Positions 51,469 through 60,634 of a stretch of 64,000 nucleotides of DNA are shown here, in pieces (position 1 is the stretch's first letter; each line of letters begins with the position of its first letter). Under the pieces are notes generated by a model. That model did no database searches and had not been told where the DNA came from. It saw only the letters and a list, made by a program, of their open reading frames with translations. The stretch covers positions 186,001-250,000 of the forward strand of contig JAKMXF010000155.1 of the NCBI GenBank assembly GCA_024704765.1, written 5' to 3'. The stretch is from Oopsacas minuta (Eukaryota; Animalia; Porifera). The position numbers were made by a program, and so were the translations under genes.

Positions 51469-53538
51469 CTACTTATTACTGCAGCTTTGGTTGTTGTGAC
51501 ACCTACTGTGACATAGTCGATTTGAACGATAACACTTGCACGTAGTACGAAGACATGTCTTCTTACAAGAGCAATGAAACATCCCTTGACCTGTCCCAAC
51601 TGATTCATTGCGTGCTACTTGTCGCAAAGAAATCTCTTTTCCTGTTTGGACATCATTTATCTCCAAGAATTTATCCAGGCATGGAGTAAATTGATTTCTG
51701 GTGTAATGCGAATTCAATTGGCCGTATTTTGTACCTAGCTTGTAGGTACCATTATGCTCAACTGCCACAACAACTGCTTTAATGTTTCGAAAGTCACCTT
51801 TACCTCGATCTACGTCGGGTAAAGGGACCATTACTGTATCCCCAATATTTGCTTGTTTGAATCGTTTTCTAGATTGCTTGAACATTTTATCATCCTGCAC
51901 TCCTTGTATTCTTTTCGCTCCTTTTCGCTGCTGCGTAATTTGATTCGCTTGATGACATAGTCTGCATAATACAGCTGAACCAAATCCTTCTTCTTCACTT
52001 CCATTGTTTACAGAACATGGTGGTATAGCATGGCAAAAAAGCCCACAAGACATACAAGTGTGCGCTCCACTGGATATTTGTTGACATGATACACAATTAT
52101 AGTTTGTTATTTCAGATTGTTGAGTGATTGATGCCGTGTCTGGGGCTATATCGTCTTGTCCTAACATCTGTTGCTTCGAATATTCTTCTTCTGAATTCAA
52201 AATTTCTTCTAATTGCTCTTCAGTATCTAGAATAGAAGCTGCATCGATTGTGAGGTTGGTTGAAACTACTCCTAGTTGTGGTCTTATCCCAAAAACAGCT
52301 TCATAAGGAGTCCTTCCAATTCCTAAGATAGTCCAAGTATAAATGCATACATACTATTTTATTGTACATTTTTGTTATAATTATTTATCTTAAATATAGA
52401 ATAATACCTGTATGTAGTCTTGTGTTAATTTTCCATTGGACGAATCTAAGTCCTTCTGACCATTTGGTTGAATTTTCGTCACGCATCCAGCAAGCAAGTA
52501 TTTCTTCGACGCTCCGATTTGCCCTCTCGACTGAGCCTTGTGACTGGGAGTGTCGAGGTTTTCCGTGGACTAATCGACACTCAGGCCAGAGATTTATTAC
52601 TTCCTTCACAATCTTAAAAATGTAGCCAAAAGGTGTGAAAATAAGATTAATCAAATGATAAATCTATGTATAGGCTGATAATATTCATTCTACACAATTT
52701 AACATACCTGATTCGCAAACTCACGGCCATTATCAGACTGTAGAATATGAGGTGCCCCTTTATCACAAAAAATATCAATCAGATGATAAGCTACCCCTTC
52801 TGCACGTTTCGATTCTAGCGCTTTTAATGTTACAAACTTAGTAAGATGATCTTGATATGTCATAATGTATTTGTACTTGCCGTCTGGTTGGCTTTGCATA
52901 TCAATAAGGTCAACCTTGATAGAAATAAGTGAATACAAACTGGAAATATTTCTCCGATTTACATGTCCAGTTCATTATACTTGTAGAAAACAATGCTTCA
53001 CTAGTCGGATTTTTGCAGCTACAATGCGAAATTTGTATAGATAAACAATATACCTCACCTGGCATCTCGAATTGAGCTGATTGCTAATGATTGGCTTGAC
53101 GACAAGAGATTTTCTGACTTTACTTTTCTTGAGCTGGCATTTTTCGCAAAGTTGCAAATAGGTACAAATATGTTCTCTCGTAATGTTTGCATAATCTTCT
53201 GACAATTTATGTTCCATGAGTATTTTACCACTATGTCCAGTTGACAGGTGAGCTGCATGTATAATATCAAATAATTCCTCAAAGAAAACGAATTGTTGCT
53301 GCGATGCTTGTTTCTTAAGCTTTTTGATTATGATACCATCAACTTGAATTTCCAAAATTTCGAATTTTTTCACTAGTCTATAATCCTTTGGATTTTTTTG
53401 AATACTTTTATCTTCATCCAGGCTTTGTATTCGCTCTATTGTTGCTTGATAATCATCTTTGGTGAAAAATGACATGTTCCCTGCTTTATTCTTCACAGCT
53501 TCAGCTATTTTATTCATAAATATTTCCCGAGTATTCAT
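51469..53538 (-). CDS. Ginger transposase/integrase (KRBA2/SCAND3-like), four exons 53538-53059, 52914-52708, 52612-52408, 52322-51469; 581 aa, no lesions
   Basis: GT-AG introns of 144, 95 and 85 bp (phases 0, 0, 1) join SRCQ|VDLIDMQ, DNGREFANQ|IVKEV and RLHTG|IGRTPYEAVFG. HHCC finger, D-D(36)-E triad, PHD-like finger, GDTVMVP..DRG module and terminal Cys cluster. Exon sum 1746 nt = 582 codons. Confidence 0.88.
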
Positions 53539-53811
53539 TTGGTAATTGGGCTATATTCTGGAAAGTATGTTTATTCAGTGTTCAAGTATGCAATACAAAG
53601 TACTAGCAAGACACATGGCCAAATATAAAGGGTCCAAGGGAGACCACATAAAGTTGACGTACTAGGTTCAGAAGGACCACTTACGAGGTAGATTGTCCGA
53701 CCAGAATGCATATAGCGGAATCTAGCATGATAGAATATCCTATATCTACGATCAGTTTTCATGAATTGAATTAATTAAAAGTCGCATAATTATTACGAGG
53801 CACTCTAAAAC

Positions 53812-54010
53812 TAGCATTATGCATATTCCCTGGATATTATGCACATCGTTCAATATGAGTAGCATTATGCATATTGTCCAATATGAGTAACATTATGCAT
53901 ATTGTCCAATATGAGTAACATTATGCATATTGACTAAAAAAGTAGCATTATGCATATTGCCTGGACATTATGCATATTGACTAAAAAAGTAGCATTATGC
54001 ATAATGCCCA
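53812..54010. repeat. Right subterminal array of Ginger copy 2
   Basis: About eight inverted copies of the same core (CATTATGCATATTG on the plus strand) with three spacer types. Confidence 0.9.
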
Positions 54011-54335
54011 ATTTCTCATATTGCCCATAACATATATATATATACGTAAATATATATAGATTAATGACGTTTTAATAAAATTTCGAGGTATTTCAGTATT
54101 TCTTGATAGCAGAGGCCCTAAGTGCCGAGATTATTATTCAAAAGCGACATAGCGTCTCCAGTGTCACCACAGTAGGCCATTGAATGTAATTTGGATGGAC
54201 CATGGATAATAAAATCTTAAAATTTTAACTATTCTGTAAATTTGAGACGCGTTGTGCCGAAATATTCTGTCACCTTCCAATTTCACCATAAAATTGATTA
54301 GTTTAATACTTAATCTAACCTGATTAACTAAGCTG

Positions 54336-54365
54336 TCGCGCCGCGAGCAAGCGAAGCGCGCTAGT
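54336..54365 (+). other. GC-rich hairpin ending in CTAG-T (possible Helitron 3' end)
   Basis: CGCGCCGCGAGCAAGCGAAGCGCGCTAGT; no 5' end or Rep/helicase found. Confidence 0.35.
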
Positions 54366-54733
54366 TTTTGATTATTCTGTATTTGGGTAATAGTCTCGTC
54401 CAAAAATTCAAGGAAATATATGTGGAAGGCAGATTTATGTAAGGTTGTTCTTGGACGACTAGAGATGTTAGTATTTCTTGAACACGAGAGAAAAAACTTA
54501 TTAGCCTACGAAATATATATTCTATATAAATTGGAAATAGAAGTACTGATGTTAAAATCAACAGAGAAGATATTTTACAGTAGGAACCGCTTAATAGTGA
54601 CACGTAGGGAGTAATGTTTTGTCGTGATTAACAGGAAGTCCAGTTTAGCTGATGTGATTATTTACTTCATAACCGTGAAAAACCGAGTCCCGATTGAGCG
54701 TGAACCTGGTTATCCGAGTTAGGCATATACCAG

Positions 54734-55764
54734 GGGCCTTATTAACTAAAATCCTAAGAATTATTCTTAACCTAATTCTAAGTGTATTTCTAACAATAAT
54801 TCCAAGAATTCATGAATTATTCTTAATTTTGGTTAAGAATTCTTAACTTGGCTATACTTAACGGATTCTAAGAATAGTTCTTAGAATTAAATTCTAAGAA
54901 AAATTCTTAGAATTGGGTAATTCTACTTGATTGATTCTTGCTATTGATTAATAAAATTTATGCCAATTCATTCGACTTCAATCGCTTTTTGAGAAGATAT
55001 GCACATAGTAGAAAATATAATCCTTATGCCTGTATACTTGCTTTATCATGAATGAGATCCACGAGTGACATAATCTCCTCCTGAGTCAAATTCTTGAACG
55101 AGTTTTCGATTTTTCAGTGGTCATAATGCGAGCGATTGGTAAGATATTATCATAATTAATTAACATTTTATTATTATTTATACTTATCACTAAAGATGAT
55201 AATATACGTAAATGGATAAAATTGCATAGATTGCGTATATTTTTGCAGGAGGTCACTCAAATGACATTGACTTTATTTACCTTAGTTTAGATACAAAACT
55301 ATTATGTTTCAAAATATATGAGATATAATTTAATTACATAAATACATTTTTTGATGTCATAATACAATTCAGAGTGACGTCAAGAAATTGTATCTAAATA
55401 TAGTTGGTATGTAATTCGACTATAGTTCTATGCTGCGGGTATTACGACATGTGGATATGATAATCAAATATATTGTCTTAAGCGATAAACAATCTTCTTT
55501 GTAAATAAATGCGTATTGATTATCATTTCATAGAAAAGTAGAATAAATTATAAGCTAAGTGTCCTCTTTACCTCACTAAATATTTTTTTCTTAGAATTTT
55601 TCGAATTCTTAGAATTATTCTAAGAATTGAGTCGTATTCTAAGAATTTGACTTAAGAATTTTAGTTAATACCACTTTTATAAATTCTAAGAATAAGACTT
55701 AAGTTTTGGGAAATTCTAAGAATTATTCTAAGAATTTGACTAAGAATTTTAATTAATAAGGCCC
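54734..55764. mobile_element. PIF/Harbinger-type MITE (1031 bp) with CAG TSD and subterminal TTC(T/A)(T/A)AGAA arrays
   Basis: TIR GGGCCTTATTAA(C/T)TAAAAT; 3-bp TSD CAG at 54731-54733 and 55765-55767; 5 left and 7 right exact TTCN3GAA motifs. Confidence 0.72.
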
Positions 55765-56648
55765 CAGATCCACAAATTTTTGAACCGGTGCACCAATTAC
55801 CTGACTTAGTATCCAAATGCATTACATACTCACTGAAATTCTGAATGTATCATAATTATAACCATATTGAGTAATATGTTAATACATATATATTTATATT
55901 CAATTTTGCAATCCTGAGCATTCATTAGTTTAGTACTAATTAGTTATCAAAGCTGAAAGCCTATTCAAATATTTGGTAAACCAGAAACATTCGCCATTCA
56001 TTCAGAATATAAATGTAGGCAATTGGGGCATCCACGATACACCGGATTCTGGATCCAAATCCAGATCCGGTGCATCTCTATTCAGAGCGCCGATAAAGCG
56101 GGTTACACTGTATCATAAATTTCGGCAAAAAATATCTCAAATTGATATACAATAGAATGCGGTGTATCGCAGTGAGGCATATCTTGGCACCACATATCGG
56201 CATAAACTTTGAAATCTGACTTCATATAAGAAACTCCTATTAGGTTACACATTAGTATTGAGAATTATATGTGAAATTGACAAATCAACAGACAAATATC
56301 AAAAGTGACTTGTATTCCACCACATAAATTCAGTAGCAAATCTAATTCGAAAGGAATAAGCAATTTTCAGAATATAAAAGCATATATGAAGACCTTTGGC
56401 AAAATTTATGAATTTCGGAAAATCCTTATAAATAACATTTGGTCCCACCAATTTAGGAACACAGACTATAAGGATATAATATCCATGTAGAGTTACCCTA
56501 CCCAAAGAAGAAATAGAAAAACAGTAAATTATATTCCATTGACTGAGAAATATACTAATAGCATAATACTAAAGATTGAGGGCATCTCTATTTGCCAATT
56601 AGGCTCAAATATCACAAGCACTGTGACTACAAATATAGTAGTATCACC

Positions 56649-59600
56649 CTAGAGCGATTTGGCGATTTTTGATTGACCTGAATTAACAAGATATTCATTA
56701 TGTGCTTTTACTGCAAGATCTCTTGATCCAGCGACCGATAAAAATGAGCTGTCCCCTCTAAACGAGAGAAGGCTCTCATCATTTGACGTTTCTAAATTAG
56801 CATGATCTTCATCGATGAATTGGCAGGAGGGAGCTAATGCACCCGAATTGATATCTTTTGGCATGTTTTCAGAAGGTGATTCAAGATTAGGGATAGAAAA
56901 ATAATCATGTATTAGTCCTAATGAGTTAAGAAAAGTGAAGTTTTCGTCTCCTAAACAATCTGTAGTATCAGTTACATTCAACACTTCAATGTTATTATTG
57001 TTATTCAGATTCAGATTGAAAAAGTCTGAAGTAATATTATCCTTCTTATCTTCACTATCAACGATCTCCTGAGTTACAGAATGAACTTGTGGAGATTCTG
57101 CAAACAAATTAACAGCTATGTTTTCCTCTTTGATAGAAACATCCTGAAGAGGGTAAATATCTTGCAAATCACCAACTTTGGTGGGTAATACATGTTCATC
57201 GGATCGATTGTGAATGTAATCTATTTCGCGATTTCCAATTTTGCTTACATCTTCTGATTCCATGTCTATCGCTTGACAATGATGAAATATTTGAGAAGAT
57301 ATTTCGTCATTTTTCGAACCTTTAAAAATATCTTGGGATTTATCATCGTTTGTAGTAATTAAATTTTCCGGTGTTTTAAGGGTTAATAATGAGCTAACTT
57401 CCTGTGTTTTGGATTCAGATGAAATATTAGAAAATGGGCCAAATTCTGCCCAAGTATTAGGATTAGAACTTTCACCAAGAGGCCAATTTAGAGAAGTTTC
57501 ATTCACATCACCACAATGGGAAAAAGTTTCTTTCTGAAGCATGGCAAAAGGCTCATCAACAGAATCTGTCTGGGAATGGGTACCGTTCACTGTTTGGGTG
57601 TAGAAAATATGTGTTTCGATCATATCGCTTGAATCATTAAGAGATGATTTTATCTTTTCGGGTATATCTGAATCATGATCTTCATCGTCGTCATCTTCAT
57701 CACTATCAAATTCAGATATGCGTAAATTATTCGAACGATTGTAATTAGATTCAATTGGATGTGAAGTCCAATCATCACTCTCACTTGATGGAGGAGAATC
57801 AATTATTCTATGGATTGGACTATGCTCATTAAAAAGATTGATAGTACCATTACACATATCTAAAAATGCATGAATGGATGATTTATCCTCATCACTGGTT
57901 AAAGAAAAATCAAATGAATTCAATTCAGAAAATGGATTGGAGGCAATTTCCTCGTAAAATAACTCATCTTCACCTCCAAACCCATCTTCAAAGTTAGCAG
58001 CAACAGGAAACAACTGATACTCAGTATAAGCCTGATTTATAACAGGATCACTTGGAATGTCTTCTTCTGGTGGAGTAAAATTGGGAACAAGTGAATCTCC
58101 TCCCATCTTACTTTCATTTTTCAAGTTTAGTTCAGTTAAATCTTCAGAGACAAGGCGATTCCAACTCTTTAAAACTTCATCAGGAAGAAATTCATCGAAA
58201 ATACACAGTAAATCTTTATCTGATTGCAAGATTTCTGTAACTCTATTTGTAATGATAGTCAAATGTCCCATATAACCCATACGCCTTCCCTTAGATATTT
58301 GAGAAATTTGATTTGCTTCCCAACATTGTAAAAGTTTTTCAATAATCTCCCCTTCACTCAAAATCAATTTAAATAACTCTGTGGAGCTCATACTATCAAC
58401 GTCATCCCCAGTAAGTATTAGCTCAGTTGTATCAATTTCCTTGGCAACTTTATCTTCATTGGATTTTGTGAAAGGAGAAAGTAGAGTTCTGACAATAATT
58501 TCTACCTGAGTGTGGAGAAAATTATTCCAAGGGAATTTTATGAAGAGGTCTAACAACGTTTTCAGAATTCCTGATGATATAAATCGAAGTTGAAATTGTG
58601 ATGGAGTTACTTGGAGAATTGCAGTCAGAAGTCTTATTATAACTAAACGCCTATACCCCAAAACAGGGGCACCATGAAAGAATATTTCAGGGGATTCGCT
58701 AAGAAGGGTATGAAAATCAAAGACGTGACGAGAAATAATATTGAGAACTTTGATTCCCCCTTGCGAAAGTGGAAATTCTTTCACACTGTGAAATCCTTCA
58801 ATAGGTGAATTTGCCTCGATATTAGAAGTGCCCAAGCGTATCGGAAGACTGAGATCTGGATAGATCATTTGGTCTAATGAGCGCACTGGTTGAAGCAAGC
58901 CCTGCAAGAAAGCTATACAACATTGCAAATGTATACTACGTGATGGACCATCTTCATCCATAAATACATTTCTCAGAATATTTTCAATCACTTCCTGACT
59001 CTCCATAACTTGAATGAATATTAATGTATCTAGTGTTTCAATGCAACTATCTCTCTCCACACGTTGGATTTCAATTAGTAGTTGTGAAGCGTTGTAACAA
59101 ACATCAGGGGAGCTGCCCGCACGAATCATACCAACGAGTGATTGAATTAGCTTTTTATCATCAAGCCAATGTATGAATTCAAGTTGCTGATGCTCACCAA
59201 TAGTAACCAATTGCAAGATTAGGTCCATACAACTCGATGTTCCAATATGAAGCATTAGATCTTGCAGAATATCATAATGTAATCTAAAATTTGAAAAAAT
59301 TTCATTTGATTTGTTCTTACACAAGAAAGTAAGAACCTTACAACAAAAGCTTGAAAAAAGGGGATTAAGTGGGGGTTTAAGCTTCAGGAAGGAAGTAAGA
59401 GATATAAAGTGTTCATTTACAAGAGAATCAGAAATGCTTCCCATGTTAGAGCACAAAAGTTCACAAGCAATATTAGGGTATTTATAACGAATCTTTTCTC
59501 CCATTTGTTCTGAAGGTAAGGTAGTAATCAAACTTACGAGTTCCAAAAGATTTTCAGGTATAGATATAAAGTCGCATAACTTGGGATTTTGGGTTTTGCC

Positions 59601-59708
59601 TTCTTGAATAATATCCTCATCATCCAGAATTTGGTATAAAGTAACATCATCTTTTGAAATAGTAGTATCAAGAGAAGATGTAGGCCTAAAAGGAAGACGC
59701 CAAAACAT
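56649..59708 (-). CDS. PPP6R3: Serine/threonine-protein phosphatase 6 regulatory subunit (SAPS domain; likely co-ortholog of PPP6R1/2/3), 1019 aa, single exon
   Basis: MFW start, DVTLYQILDDEDIIQE, YKYPNIACELL, FPWNNFLHTQV, GYMGHLT, then a long acidic low-complexity C-terminus. ORF is uninterrupted. Confidence 0.93.
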   Translation of the reverse strand: MFWRLPFRPTSSLDTTISKDDVTLYQILDDEDIIQEGKTQNPKLCDFISIPENLLELVSLITTLPSEQMGEKIRYKYPNIACELLCSNMGSISDSLVNEHFISLTSFLKLKPPLNPLFSSFCCKVLTFLCKNKSNEIFSNFRLHYDILQDLMLHIGTSSCMDLILQLVTIGEHQQLEFIHWLDDKKLIQSLVGMIRAGSSPDVCYNASQLLIEIQRVERDSCIETLDTLIFIQVMESQEVIENILRNVFMDEDGPSRSIHLQCCIAFLQGLLQPVRSLDQMIYPDLSLPIRLGTSNIEANSPIEGFHSVKEFPLSQGGIKVLNIISRHVFDFHTLLSESPEIFFHGAPVLGYRRLVIIRLLTAILQVTPSQFQLRFISSGILKTLLDLFIKFPWNNFLHTQVEIIVRTLLSPFTKSNEDKVAKEIDTTELILTGDDVDSMSSTELFKLILSEGEIIEKLLQCWEANQISQISKGRRMGYMGHLTIITNRVTEILQSDKDLLCIFDEFLPDEVLKSWNRLVSEDLTELNLKNESKMGGDSLVPNFTPPEEDIPSDPVINQAYTEYQLFPVAANFEDGFGGEDELFYEEIASNPFSELNSFDFSLTSDEDKSSIHAFLDMCNGTINLFNEHSPIHRIIDSPPSSESDDWTSHPIESNYNRSNNLRISEFDSDEDDDDEDHDSDIPEKIKSSLNDSSDMIETHIFYTQTVNGTHSQTDSVDEPFAMLQKETFSHCGDVNETSLNWPLGESSNPNTWAEFGPFSNISSESKTQEVSSLLTLKTPENLITTNDDKSQDIFKGSKNDEISSQIFHHCQAIDMESEDVSKIGNREIDYIHNRSDEHVLPTKVGDLQDIYPLQDVSIKEENIAVNLFAESPQVHSVTQEIVDSEDKKDNITSDFFNLNLNNNNNIEVLNVTDTTDCLGDENFTFLNSLGLIHDYFSIPNLESPSENMPKDINSGALAPSCQFIDEDHANLETSNDESLLSFRGDSSFLSVAGSRDLAVKAHNEYLVNSGQSKIAKSL

Positions 59709-60634
59709 CGAGAATACAAAAGATTTCTAATTAGTGACAAAAAGACAATAATTATACTAACTGCTGTAGATTTCGAAAATATATAACTTCCAGAGTTTCA
59801 AATAGGAATGATTTTGCTGGTGAGATTTAAGCGTTATCATATAGATGATAGGGGTAGCGTATTTGTGCTCCTGTATATGGAAATAACATATGTACTTACT
59901 AGTTATGACCGTTTAAATATCATGTTAAAACACAAATTATTTGAGCCCATTTCTAACATACAAGATATATAGAAAATTTAATGACAAGGTTGGCACGTTT
60001 CTAAGTTCTAGCTAGGGGCGGATTGCGACCCGAGATGCCGTGAAAATGCTCGTTAGGTGGACAGGAAGGCTAAAGGGCTGGCAAACTAGCTGGTGGGGGG
60101 TGTTTACGCGCTTAAATAGTTTCGGAATTATATAATGCAAGGGCGTTTATGTCCCAATATGGTTATAGTACAAGCAGGGGTATAGCCAGGTCCAGAAACC
60201 GAGCCATGCAAATGGAGCTCCAGCTGCAGATAACCCACGCTAATCAGCTCTAGTTCCAACGCCTCGTCCATTGTATAATAAATAAATAACTCTAATATTT
60301 GTCATTAATATACTTAGAGATTGTACCATAAAATGATCGTTTACATTGCCAAATTTCCCCGTTTTCATATTCGAATGGCCACGTATTTTCTGTTTCCTTA
60401 TGAAATGAAACGCGTTTCCTACATATAATCCAACATATATCAACTTGATTAGTGCGTACATTCTTGTACATACATATTAGTAGGTTTTTCAAATGGATTA
60501 AAAAGGCTAAAGCTCGAGGATAAGTGGAATCTTGCAAATAATGATGCACCTTGTGTACACACGGTGCCATGACCGCAGCAGGGAGTTTACTATTCGTTAA
60601 GTTTACCTGTCACGAAAGATTTGGTAACTCGGAG

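Larger units (their letters stand above)
51104..54032 (-). mobile_element. Ginger DNA transposon, copy 2 (2929 bp), structurally intact
   Basis: TGT...ACA termini; 41-bp perfect TIR TGTTATGGGCAATATGAGAAATTGGGCATTATGCATAATGC; TATA on both flanks inside a (TA)n tract. Confidence 0.93.

Noticed and set aside
51127-54010. CRISPR-like appearance of the ATATGCATAATG repeat-spacer arrays
   Set aside because: Spacers are only 6-14 bp and themselves repeated, the arrays are mirror-imaged inside transposon ends, there are no cas genes, and the context is eukaryotic.
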